From NCBI GenBank assembly GCA_947649365.1, contig CANSRH010000008.1:1795-65794 (forward strand): a stretch of DNA of 64,000 nucleotides. The letters are read 5' to 3'. Under the pieces are notes generated by a model. It searched no databases. It had not been told where the DNA came from and saw only the letters and a program-made list of their open reading frames with translations. Positions 1 to 8,862 of the stretch are shown here, one piece after another; position 1 is the stretch's first letter, and every line of letters begins with the position of its first letter. Origin of the DNA: an uncultured Mycoplasmatota bacterium. GTDB taxonomy: Bacteria; Bacillota_I; Bacilli_A; RF39; UBA660. A program made the translations under genes and the position numbers.

Positions 1-53
1 ATTATTCTTTTTATCTTAAGGTTTTTAATAAGACTAAAAAAATAAAAAACAGG

Positions 54-965
54 ATGATTTCTTTGTATGAAGCACAAATTCATAGTACGGGAATTGAATT
101 AATCGATCTTTTAACTTGTCTCCATAAAGCAGAAAATCCTGTTTTTTTGACACAAAAAATTGTGGATGACCTTTCTACTATGTTGTATGAGTGTATGCTT
201 TTAGAAATTTGTTATAAAAAAACACATTTTCTTTTTGATGTGGTAAAAAAATCTAAAATCCCTTTTTCTTCTATTGAAAAAAAGATAAAAGAAGATCTTT
301 TTCTAGAAAATATAAAAAATGATTTTTCTATTCTTAAGGATTTAGATGAAGAATTGTTGATGTTTCTTGGTAATAGAAAAATGCGTCAACTGAAAGAAAA
401 TTATCTTTTACAAGTTCATTTGTATGATAGTTTGAATAGAGATTATTTAAAGCAAGAGGACAAGGAAATTATTTTTAAAATTAAAGACGTGAAAAAGAAG
501 AAAAATAGAATTAAACTTCAACAATGGAAACGATTTTTGTTTGGTTTATTTTGTTTAGGAATAGTGAATCTGGGATTGTTCAATCTGTTTTTGGATGTGG
601 GAAAAGATGGAGAATTTTCTAAAGAAAAAAATATAGAATATGAAAATTTTACATTGTTACAAGAAGATAATTTATTGTCTCATAATTTCTTTTTTTCAGG
701 AACGGTGATTTTTGATTTGTTTTCTATTTACATCATTCATTTGAAAATGAAAACAGAACCTTTTGAAAAAGATAACGAAGAGATTGAAAAAACATTGTGT
801 GAATTAGAATGTGCTTTGGAAAGAGAAATTAATCAAAAAAAACAACAAAGAAATCATTTAATAGAAAGAAAAGAGCAACTAGATAATGACTTTCAACGGC
901 TTCCTTTAAGTATTCAAGAAGAAATAACAAGAGCCCTTCGTAAAAATAATACATCAACTTTTTGA
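54..965 (+). CDS. hypothetical protein (303 aa), no recognisable domain; may start upstream of window edge
   Basis: Long ORF with weak RBS. Has one hydrophobic segment (FLFGLFCLGIVNLGLFNLFL) and a coiled-coil-like acidic C-terminus. Ends in TGA. Confidence 0.45.
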   Translation: MISLYEAQIHSTGIELIDLLTCLHKAENPVFLTQKIVDDLSTMLYECMLLEICYKKTHFLFDVVKKSKIPFSSIEKKIKEDLFLENIKNDFSILKDLDEELLMFLGNRKMRQLKENYLLQVHLYDSLNRDYLKQEDKEIIFKIKDVKKKKNRIKLQQWKRFLFGLFCLGIVNLGLFNLFLDVGKDGEFSKEKNIEYENFTLLQEDNLLSHNFFFSGTVIFDLFSIYIIHLKMKTEPFEKDNEEIEKTLCELECALEREINQKKQQRNHLIERKEQLDNDFQRLPLSIQEEITRALRKNNTSTF

Positions 966-1000
966 AGTAAGTTTTAAAAGTGTCAATTGACATCAACTTT

Positions 1001-1029
1001 TTGCGAACCTCTTTTTTTTATGCTATACT
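1001..1029 (+). promoter_or_regulatory. sigma-A type promoter for parE: -35 TTGCGA (1001-1006), 17-nt spacer, extended -10 TGcTATACT (1021-1029)
   Basis: Read directly from sequence, about 20 nt upstream of the AGGTGA RBS of parE. Confidence 0.4.
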
Positions 1030-1047
1030 TTTAAAGTAGGTGATAAC

Positions 1048-2955
1048 ATGACAAAATACGATGCATCGTCGATTAAGATATTGGAAGGTTTAGAAGCCGT
1101 AAGAAAACGACCTGGTATGTATATTGGTTCTACCGATAAAAGAGGTTTACATCATTTGATTTGGGAAATTGTTGATAATGCCATTGATGAAGTGATTAAT
1201 GGCTATGGAGATACAATTAAAATCACATTAAATTCTGATGAATCGATTACCATCAGTGATAATGGTCGAGGAGTTCCTATTGGAATGCATGAATCCGGGA
1301 AATCAACACCTGAGGTTATTTATACTGTGCTACATGCAGGTGGAAAATTTGAGAGTGACGGCTACAAAGTAAGTGGTGGATTACATGGTGTTGGTGCTAG
1401 TGTTGTTAACGCTTTGTCTAAAAGAATGGATGTTACAATTTATACTGATGGAAAAATTAGTAATATACGATTTTGTGATGGAGGGCATGTCGAAAGTCCT
1501 TTAAAAACAATTGGAGAGACAAAAAAGACAGGAACAACGGTAACATTTTTACCAGACTATGAAATGTTTAAAAATTCTAGCTTTTCTTATACAACCATTG
1601 TAGAGCGGATGCAAGAGAGTGCTTTTTTGCTTCCTAATTTAAAAGTAGTGATTGAAGATACTGCGGATAATAAATCTTGTGAATTCCATTATGAAAATGG
1701 CTTAATGAGTTTTGTTGAATATATCAATGAAGGAAAGAAAACGTTACATAAAGTAATTTCTTTTAATGGTATAAAAAGTGAGATAGAAGTTTCAATTGCC
1801 CTACAATATAGTGAATCGTATAATGAAAATATTTTGAGTTTTGTAAACAATGTTAAAACGGGTGATGGAGGAACTCATGAGGTAGGTTTTAAAACTGGAA
1901 TTACAAAAGCTTTCAATGATTATGCGAAAGCAAATAATTTGATTAAAGGGAAAGAGGGTAATTTAGAAGGTAGCGATGTTAGGGAAGGCTTAAGTGCGGT
2001 CATTAGTTTAAAAATTCCTGAGAAATTGTTGCAGTTTGAGGGTCAAACCAAAGGAAAGCTTGGAACACCAGAAGCAAAAAGTATTACAGAATCGATTACG
2101 TATGAAAATTTAAAATTCTTTTTAGAAGAAAATAAAGAAGTTGCTTTATCAATTTTAGATAAAGCATTAAAAAGTAAAAGTGCAAGAGAAGCTGCAAGGA
2201 AAGCTCGTGAAGCTGTACGTAAAGGAACGGGAAAAAATTCCAAAGAACGTGTTTTAAGTGAAAAGTTAGCTAAGGCAACGGGAAGAGATTATAAGAAAAA
2301 TGAACTTTTTTTGGTGGAAGGAGATAGTGCAGGAGGGTCTGCTAAATCGTTTCGAAATAGAGAGACTCAAGCCATCCTTCCTTTGCGAGGAAAAGTTTTA
2401 AATTGTGAGAAGGCAAGTACTCATGATATTGAAGCCAATGCAGAATTAAAACAAATCGAATACGCAATTGGAGCAGGTTTAGGTGCTGACTTTGATCCAA
2501 AGGATTCTAATTACGGAAAAGTCATTATCATGACCGATGCCGATGTCGATGGGTCTCACATTCAAATCTTACTTATTACATTCTTTTACCGGTTTATGCG
2601 TCCTTTAATTGAAGAGGGAATGCTTTATATTGCAACTCCTCCTTTGTATTCGATTGAAGTTGGAAACAAAGGAAAAGAGTATATTGCAGATGATGAAGAA
2701 TTGGCAGAACGAAAGAAAACTTTAAAAGGAAATTTTAAAATTCAACGTTTTAAAGGACTTGGAGAAATGAATGCTAATGAACTTTTCGAAACAACGATGG
2801 ACCCAGCAAACCGAAGGCTTTTACGCGTTAACTTAACGGATGCCGCTTTGGCAGAAAAACGAATTCATCTTTTGATGGGAGACCAAGTAGAACCAAGAAA
2901 AGAATGGATCAATGAAAATGTTGATTTTACTTTGGAAGATGATTTTAGGAAGTGA
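1048..2955 (+). CDS. parE: DNA topoisomerase IV subunit B (GyrB/ParE family ATPase)
   Basis: N-terminal GHKL ATPase motifs (LEGLEAVRKRPGMYIGS, EIVDNAIDE). TOPRIM motifs (LVEGDSAGGSAK, IMTDADVDGSHI). Immediately upstream of a ParC/GyrA-like gene. Length of 635 aa fits ParE. Confidence 0.85.
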   Translation: MTKYDASSIKILEGLEAVRKRPGMYIGSTDKRGLHHLIWEIVDNAIDEVINGYGDTIKITLNSDESITISDNGRGVPIGMHESGKSTPEVIYTVLHAGGKFESDGYKVSGGLHGVGASVVNALSKRMDVTIYTDGKISNIRFCDGGHVESPLKTIGETKKTGTTVTFLPDYEMFKNSSFSYTTIVERMQESAFLLPNLKVVIEDTADNKSCEFHYENGLMSFVEYINEGKKTLHKVISFNGIKSEIEVSIALQYSESYNENILSFVNNVKTGDGGTHEVGFKTGITKAFNDYAKANNLIKGKEGNLEGSDVREGLSAVISLKIPEKLLQFEGQTKGKLGTPEAKSITESITYENLKFFLEENKEVALSILDKALKSKSAREAARKAREAVRKGTGKNSKERVLSEKLAKATGRDYKKNELFLVEGDSAGGSAKSFRNRETQAILPLRGKVLNCEKASTHDIEANAELKQIEYAIGAGLGADFDPKDSNYGKVIIMTDADVDGSHIQILLITFFYRFMRPLIEEGMLYIATPPLYSIEVGNKGKEYIADDEELAERKKTLKGNFKIQRFKGLGEMNANELFETTMDPANRRLLRVNLTDAALAEKRIHLLMGDQVEPRKEWINENVDFTLEDDFRK

Positions 2956-3079
2956 GAAAGTGTTTATTGTTTGGAAAAAGAATTAGGGAAGTCTGTAATT
3001 AGTAATAAAAATAAATTAAACTGTCAATATATAGAAGAAGAAAGTTTTAATAATAAAAATAAAAAAACAGGTGAGAAGT

Positions 3080-3775
3080 ATGGAATATGTTTATCACGGT
3101 AGTAAAATTCAAGGATTAAAAATACTAATTCCGCATAAGTCAACACATGGAACATATGTGTATGCGACTAAAATCAAAGCAATAGCAATTATAATGTCAA
3201 AAAGATGTGGTGATGATGCGACATATAGTTTAGGGTCGAATGAAGGTGATAAACTAGATTTAATTGAAAGATTACCTAATGCTTTTGAAAAAATGTTTTC
3301 GAATAAATTTTCGTTATATACATTAGATAGTGCATTATTTAAAAATATAAATACTGGATTTGATGAAGTTGTATCAGAAACTGAAGTTCCAGTTATAAAA
3401 GAAGAAACGTATCTAAGTTTAATAGATGCTATAAATAAATTAGTTGATAATAATTTAATTAATATATATTATTACCCTGATAGACCTAATTATATTCCAG
3501 AGGATGATAGTGATTTAATTGATAAAGTTAGAAATCTTTATATAGGAAAAATGCATAAACAATATACAGATAGAGAAATTGCTCGTTGGATTTTTTTACA
3601 TCCTAATTTGGAAGATGAATTTAGAATTCTTGCAAAAGAACAAAATATTAATGTACCGAGTTATGATGAAATAAAAAAGATATTCATTAATGCTCAAAAA
3701 GAAAGACCAGAACATGAAATGTATATTGATAATGCATTAGAAATATATGAACTATATAATAAAAAAAGGAGATAA
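3080..3775 (+). CDS. hypothetical protein (about 231 aa) inserted between parE and parC; no recognisable domain
   Basis: ATG at 3080 with AGGTGA RBS at 3068-3073; the ORF track's GTG at 3071 lies inside the RBS. AT-rich, N/K/Y-rich composition differs from the flanking topo IV genes. Confidence 0.55.
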   Translation: MEYVYHGSKIQGLKILIPHKSTHGTYVYATKIKAIAIIMSKRCGDDATYSLGSNEGDKLDLIERLPNAFEKMFSNKFSLYTLDSALFKNINTGFDEVVSETEVPVIKEETYLSLIDAINKLVDNNLINIYYYPDRPNYIPEDDSDLIDKVRNLYIGKMHKQYTDREIARWIFLHPNLEDEFRILAKEQNINVPSYDEIKKIFINAQKERPEHEMYIDNALEIYELYNKKRR

Positions 3776-3776
3776 A

Positions 3777-3941
3777 ATGCCTAGATATTCATGGATGACA
3801 GAAATAGTTGAGGATAGCATTGATGCTGTGGGAGATATTTTTGCCTATGCAAAAATTCATTTTAGAACCGAGGAAGTTTATAAAAAGATAGAAGAAATAA
3901 CAAATATTGTAAAGAATGAATTAAAAGAGTTCATTGTTTAA
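3777..3941 (+). CDS. small hypothetical protein (54 aa), acidic; possible partner of the upstream gene
   Basis: ATG at 3777 preceded by AGGAGA RBS. It sits 1 nt after the stop of the upstream ORF, so the two look translationally coupled. Confidence 0.4.
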   Translation: MPRYSWMTEIVEDSIDAVGDIFAYAKIHFRTEEVYKKIEEITNIVKNELKEFIV

Positions 3942-3959
3942 AAATGGAGAAGTGATAAC

Positions 3960-6473
3960 ATGCCAAAGAAAAAAGAAGTAAAAGAAATTATAGAAAAAAT
4001 TTATGACTATAGTTTAGAAGAAATTATGGAGACTGGATTTGGAAGATATTCTAAAGAGATTATTCAAGAACGTGCATTACCAGATGTTCGTGATGGATTA
4101 AAACCAGTGCAAAGAAGAATATTGTATTCGATGTTTATTTCCGGATTCAAACATGACAAACCACATCGAAAAAGTGCGAGAGCGGTTGGAGATATCATGG
4201 GTAAATTCCATCCACATGGAGATTCTTCTATTTATGAAGCTTTGATTCGTATGAGTCAAAACTGGAAAATGCGAGAAACTTTGATTGATATTCATGGAAA
4301 CAATGGTTCCATTGATGGGGATGGGCCAGCTGCTATGCGTTATACAGAAGCTCGTCTTACGCGTCTTGCAGAAACACTTCTTACTTCTATTCCTAAAAAT
4401 ACAGTGGAAATGGCATGGAATTTTGATGACGAAGAAAAAGAACCAACCGTTCTTCCTGCAACATTCCCTAATTTACTTGTGAATGGCTCTACAGGGATTA
4501 GTGCAGGGTATGCGACCAATATCCCTACCCATAATTTGGCAGAAGTAATTGATGCTACCATCAAGCGAATTGATTCCCCTAGTTGTCGTTTGGAAACGAT
4601 TATGGAACTTTTACCAGGTCCGGATTTTCCAACGGGTGGTGTGATTGAAGGAAAAAATGGTTTAATTGATGCTTATACCAAAGGAAAAGGAAAAGTGGTT
4701 TTAAAAGCAAAAACTGAAATTGTGAAATCGGGAAGCAAACAACAAATTATCGTTCATTCGATTCCTTATGAGGTAATTAAAGAGCAATTGATTAAAAAAA
4801 TTACAGAGATTAAATTGGATAAAAAAATAGAAGGAATCAATGAAATTATTGATGAATCGGATCATGAACATATGGCTCGTATTGTCATTGATTTAAAGAA
4901 AGAAGCCAATGCTGAGCTGGTTCTTAATTATTTATTTAAAAATACGGATTTGCAAGTGAATTATAATTTTAATATGGTTGCCATTGTGAATCGTCGTCCA
5001 AGACTTGTTGGCATTTTGGAAATTTTGGATGCGTTTATTAATCATCAAAAAGATGTGATTACTAGAAGAACAGAATGGGATTTAAAGAAAGCAAGATTTG
5101 ATTATCATATTTTGGAAGGTTTGGTAAAAGCCATTGATATTTTGGATGAAGTGATTCGTATTATTCGGGGTAGTAAGAATAAGAGTGATGCGATTGCTAA
5201 TTTATCTTGCGAATACGATTTTACGTTTGAACAAGCAAAAGCCATTGTAGAATTACAACTTTATCGTTTGACGAATACGGATATTGTCGCTTTACAAGAA
5301 GAAATGGAGAAGCTTCGAAAAAATATTCAAATTTGGGAGCAAATTCTGAGCAATGAAGAGGCTCTTAAATATGTCATGAAAACAGAGTTAAAGGCAATTA
5401 AAAAAGAGTATGGAAATCCAAGAAGAACAGAAATTAAAGCAGAAGTTACAGAAATTAAGTTGGATATGCTGGATATGATTCCTAAGGAAAATGTGGTCGT
5501 TGTCGTTACAAATGAGGGCTATATGAAACGAGTAAGTAGCAAGTCCTATGCATCTCGTGGAGAGGAAATGACCACACTAAAACCAGGAGATTTTATTATC
5601 GGACTTTATGAAGTAACGACATTGGATACGATTGTAGCGTTTACTAATTTAGGAAATTATTTGTATATTCCAGTGCATAAAATACCAGAAGCAAAATGGA
5701 GGGAACTTGGAAAACATGTAAATAATATCGTATTCTTGTCCTCAGAGGAACAAATGGTTGCTTCGTTTGTGTTCGATAAGGAAAAAGAAATTGTTACTGT
5801 TTCAAAATATGGAATGATTAAAAGAAGTCGTATGGCAGAATATGAGGTGACAAGGTATTCCAAACCACTCCTTGCTATGAAGTTAAAAGATGGAGATGAA
5901 GTGGTAAGTGTTGTAACTGCTAAATCCAATTGTCTACTTGTAAGTAGTGATGGCTATTATGTTCAGTTTGCCAAAGAAGAAATTCCTCTAACAGGAGTTA
6001 AGGCAGCTGGTGTTAAAGGAATGAATTTGAAAGACGATTTTGTTGTTTCTGGGGTTTCTTATGATGCAGCAGATTATTTGGATGTGTTTACGAATCAAAG
6101 AACTGCCAAACGAATGAAAATCGCTGATTGTCTATCAACAGGACGTGCAAAACGGGGAAATACTTTAATCAAAAAAGTAAAGTCTGTGAATTATCAAATT
6201 ATTCAAGCCTTTCTTATGGAGTCTCGGGATGTTGTACTTCTTAAATCAGATAGTGAAATTCGAGAATTAAAAAATAGTGATATTGCAATTTTGGATACAG
6301 CAAGTACAGGTTCTGTTATTTCTAAGTACAAAATTGATGATGTTTCTAAAAAAGTGAATTTGGAAAGTTATTTAAAAAAAGAAAGCAAACAAGAAGAAAA
6401 TAGTTCTGGTGAAAAAGAAGTAAAAATTAAAGAATTTACGATGGATGATTTTTTGGACGATTTTAAGATTTAG
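3960..6473 (+). CDS. parC: DNA topoisomerase IV subunit A (GyrA/ParC family)
   Basis: Motifs RALPDVRDGLKPVQRRILY and HPHGDSSIYEALIRMSQ with active-site Tyr context (AAMRYTEARL). C-terminal beta-pinwheel region present. 837 aa. Confidence 0.85.
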   Translation: MPKKKEVKEIIEKIYDYSLEEIMETGFGRYSKEIIQERALPDVRDGLKPVQRRILYSMFISGFKHDKPHRKSARAVGDIMGKFHPHGDSSIYEALIRMSQNWKMRETLIDIHGNNGSIDGDGPAAMRYTEARLTRLAETLLTSIPKNTVEMAWNFDDEEKEPTVLPATFPNLLVNGSTGISAGYATNIPTHNLAEVIDATIKRIDSPSCRLETIMELLPGPDFPTGGVIEGKNGLIDAYTKGKGKVVLKAKTEIVKSGSKQQIIVHSIPYEVIKEQLIKKITEIKLDKKIEGINEIIDESDHEHMARIVIDLKKEANAELVLNYLFKNTDLQVNYNFNMVAIVNRRPRLVGILEILDAFINHQKDVITRRTEWDLKKARFDYHILEGLVKAIDILDEVIRIIRGSKNKSDAIANLSCEYDFTFEQAKAIVELQLYRLTNTDIVALQEEMEKLRKNIQIWEQILSNEEALKYVMKTELKAIKKEYGNPRRTEIKAEVTEIKLDMLDMIPKENVVVVVTNEGYMKRVSSKSYASRGEEMTTLKPGDFIIGLYEVTTLDTIVAFTNLGNYLYIPVHKIPEAKWRELGKHVNNIVFLSSEEQMVASFVFDKEKEIVTVSKYGMIKRSRMAEYEVTRYSKPLLAMKLKDGDEVVSVVTAKSNCLLVSSDGYYVQFAKEEIPLTGVKAAGVKGMNLKDDFVVSGVSYDAADYLDVFTNQRTAKRMKIADCLSTGRAKRGNTLIKKVKSVNYQIIQAFLMESRDVVLLKSDSEIRELKNSDIAILDTASTGSVISKYKIDDVSKKVNLESYLKKESKQEENSSGEKEVKIKEFTMDDFLDDFKI

Positions 6474-6520
6474 AGAGATAAAAATCACTTATTTGCATAT
6501 ATTGTAATAGGTGATTTTTT

Positions 6521-6877
6521 ATGGCAACAAAAGATGATTTTAAACTTTTTGCTAGAAAACATCCAGAACTTGTTCGTTTTATTCAAAATGGTGAGGCAAG
6601 TTGGCAAAAGTTTTATGAAATTTATGATATTTATGGGGAAGAGGAGTCTGCTTGGCAACCTTATTTTGCAAAACAAACTACTTCTAGTACGGATTATAGT
6701 TTTAAAAGTATTACCGATAAGATTAAAAATATTGATTTGAATTCGATTCAAGAACATATTACTACTGCTCAAAAAGCACTAGGAATTGTGCAAGAGCTAA
6801 CGGGAAAAGGAAGTAGTGCTGCTGCAGCGACTGAAGTGGTTAGTCCGCGTCCAATTAATAAAATATTTGAGGATTAG
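6521..6877 (+). CDS. ylbD: YlbD-like small protein (putative coat/cytosolic protein family)
   Basis: N-terminal FARKHPELVRFIQNGEASWQKFYEIYDIYGEEESAWQPY resembles the B. subtilis YlbD family. Followed directly by a ylbE-like gene, as in Bacillus. Confidence 0.5.
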   Translation: MATKDDFKLFARKHPELVRFIQNGEASWQKFYEIYDIYGEEESAWQPYFAKQTTSSTDYSFKSITDKIKNIDLNSIQEHITTAQKALGIVQELTGKGSSAAAATEVVSPRPINKIFED

Positions 6878-7099
6878 ATGGATTTATTCGTACAGCAAAA
6901 ACTTTTGGAAGATAAAAAAATGGATGGCTTTTTGAAAGAAAACTCTTACTGGATTAAAGAGTTGAATCGCAATGGGGAAAATTACAAACAATTTGTAGCA
7001 GCTATGAAGGATAAGTATCGCTTGAAAACGACAGATCGTATTAGCGATGCAATTGATCATATTGATTTGATTAGTGGGATATTAGACACTTTAAAATAA
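6878..7099 (+). CDS. ylbE: YlbE-like protein
   Basis: SYWIKELNRNGENYKQFVAAMKDKYRLKTTDRISDAIDHIDLISGIL fits the YlbE-like small protein family. Adjacent to ylbD-like, which is conserved synteny. Confidence 0.5.
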   Translation: MDLFVQQKLLEDKKMDGFLKENSYWIKELNRNGENYKQFVAAMKDKYRLKTTDRISDAIDHIDLISGILDTLK

Positions 7100-7106
7100 T
7101 AATTCG

Positions 7107-7135
7107 TTGACCCATCTTTATTCTTGAGGTATAAT
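7107..7135 (+). promoter_or_regulatory. sigma-A promoter: -35 TTGACC (7107-7112), 17-nt spacer, -10 TATAAT (7130-7135)
   Basis: Near-consensus hexamers read directly, about 20 nt upstream of the pilin-like gene RBS. Confidence 0.55.
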
Positions 7136-7154
7136 TGTTTTATGATAGATAAGG

Positions 7155-7610
7155 ATGGTAGTCTGTATGGGTGTGAAAAATAATAGAGGTTTTACTTTGG
7201 TTGAATTATTAGCAGTTATTGTTATATTGGCAGTTATTATTTTGATAGCTTCTAATAATGTGGGAAGTATTATGATTGATGCTCGTAAAAATGCTTTGGC
7301 TTTGGAAGGAAGTACATTGATTGATGCTGCTAAAACTGCTTATCAGATTGATATTTTGAATGATGGTATTACAGGCTCAAAATGTTATAATTTAGAAGAA
7401 TTATACAAAGAGGGATATTTTAGTAAAGGAAAAGATAAAGACGGATATACTGGAAGTGTACTTGTTGATACTAGCAACGAAAAAATTATTGAATATACGT
7501 TTTGGATTAGTAATGGGAAATATGTAGTTAGTGGTCCAGCAGGTACGACAGGAAAAAATGCCACTGCAGGAACGGAAGCATCTAAGTGTTGTGGTGGAAC
7601 TTGTTCTTAA
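7155..7610 (+). CDS. prepilin-type N-terminal cleavage/methylation domain protein (type IV pilin / ComGC-like pseudopilin)
   Basis: KNNRGFTLVELLAVIVILAVIIL is a class III signal with a G|FTLVE prepilin peptidase site. Start may be the ATG at 7167. The C-terminus ends in a Cys-rich tail (KCCGGTCS). Confidence 0.75.
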   Translation: MVVCMGVKNNRGFTLVELLAVIVILAVIILIASNNVGSIMIDARKNALALEGSTLIDAAKTAYQIDILNDGITGSKCYNLEELYKEGYFSKGKDKDGYTGSVLVDTSNEKIIEYTFWISNGKYVVSGPAGTTGKNATAGTEASKCCGGTCS

Positions 7611-7668
7611 GAAGAGATAGGCTTCTTTTTTTTTCTTTTTTATGAGATAATAGTTTTAGGTGAAGTGT

Positions 7669-8547
7669 ATGATTTTAGGTTGTCATGTTAATTTTACAAA
7701 TGAACAATTGCTTGGAAGTACAAAACAAGCTCTTTCTTATGGCGCGAATGCTTTTATGTTTTATACGGGAGCACCTCAAAATACCATGCGTAAATCTTTG
7801 GATATGGATTTGACGAAACAAGCTTGGAGTCTTATGAAGGAAAATCATATTGATTTGAAACATGTGATTTGTCATGCCCCTTATATTGTTAATTTGGCTA
7901 ATAACAAAGAGGAAGAAAAATGGCAATTTAGCATTCATTTTTTAAAACAAGAATTAAAACGTTGCAAAGAATTAGGTGTTTCTTATATTGTTGTTCATCC
8001 TGGAAGTGCAGTTGGTATTGAAAGAGAAACGGCTTTGCAAACTATTAGTAAAGCTTTGAATTGTATTATAGAAGAGGATGGAGTCATGATTTTGCTTGAA
8101 ACCATGGCAGGTAAGGGGACAGAATGTGGCTCTTCTTTGGAAGAAATAAAAGTTATTTTGGATGGGGTAGAATCTAAAAATATTGGTGTATGTTTGGATA
8201 CTTGTCACTTGAATGATGCAGGATATTCCATTCAAGAATTTGATTTACTTTTGGACGAAGTAGAAAAGGTCATTGGTTTAGAAAAAGTACATTGTGTACA
8301 TTTGAATGATAGTAAAAATCCAATGGGAGCACATAAAGATCGACATGAGAATATAGGACTGGGGACAATTGGTTTTTCTGCTCTTTCTTATGTAGTTCAA
8401 CATGAAAAATTAAAAGATGTTCCTAAAATTTTAGAAACACCTTATGTAGAGCGTGCCTACCCACCTTATCAATTTGAAATTGAAAGTTTAAAGGCAGGAC
8501 ATGAAAATCCACATTTACTTTCAGATATTATGAATTTTTATAAATAA
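7669..8547 (+). CDS. nfo: deoxyribonuclease IV (endonuclease IV, AP endonuclease family 2)
   Basis: LGCHVNF..GANAFMFYTGAPQNT..HAPYIVNLA..VVHPGS..HLNDSKN motifs match the Nfo TIM-barrel metal ligands. ATG at 7669 with AGGTGA RBS. Confidence 0.85.
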   Translation: MILGCHVNFTNEQLLGSTKQALSYGANAFMFYTGAPQNTMRKSLDMDLTKQAWSLMKENHIDLKHVICHAPYIVNLANNKEEEKWQFSIHFLKQELKRCKELGVSYIVVHPGSAVGIERETALQTISKALNCIIEEDGVMILLETMAGKGTECGSSLEEIKVILDGVESKNIGVCLDTCHLNDAGYSIQEFDLLLDEVEKVIGLEKVHCVHLNDSKNPMGAHKDRHENIGLGTIGFSALSYVVQHEKLKDVPKILETPYVERAYPPYQFEIESLKAGHENPHLLSDIMNFYK

Positions 8548-8798
8548 TTTTTGTAACGAGTAGAGTATTCTTTAAATAATTTTTTAATTTTGATTAGGTT
8601 TTCTTCTGAATATTTGTCTTGGTAGCGGTCAAAGTTTAATGCATTTGGATTGGCAATAACTGTTTGCCAATTTTTTTTCACGAAAACATAAGTAAATTCC
8701 AATTCTTCTTCGTTTAAAACAATGTTATTTTTTAAAGCAAAGTTATTGATATCGTCTTTTGTTAGTTTATTCATATATCTTTCTATTATATTAAACAT
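8538..8798 (-). CDS. DUF2624-like small protein (86 aa)
   Basis: Convergent small ORF overlapping the nfo stop by a few nt. The sequence pattern resembles Bacillus DUF2624 proteins. Confidence 0.4.
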   Translation of the reverse strand: MFNIIERYMNKLTKDDINNFALKNNIVLNEEELEFTYVFVKKNWQTVIANPNALNFDRYQDKYSEENLIKIKKLFKEYSTRYKNYL

Positions 8799-8862
8799 AA
8801 TACCACCTAGTATTATTGTATGAAAATTTCTTTTTTTTGAATACTAATAGTAGGTGTTTTTT

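Noticed and set aside
2043-2243. Short antisense ORF inside parE (and similar ones at 4098-4564 in parC, 28641-29006 in tsf, 46882-47445 in pbp2B, 36291-37241 in ileS, 49670-50110 in the 819-aa gene)
   Set aside because: They lie fully inside well-supported conserved genes on the opposite strand or in another frame. They have low-complexity composition and no RBS. These are typical spurious ORFs of AT-rich DNA.
6485-6772. 95-aa minus-strand ORF and 68-aa plus-strand ORF overlapping the ylbD-like gene
   Set aside because: They overlap a gene with recognisable family features and conserved ylbD-ylbE synteny. Their I/L/K/N-rich products are typical of wrong-frame AT-rich translation.
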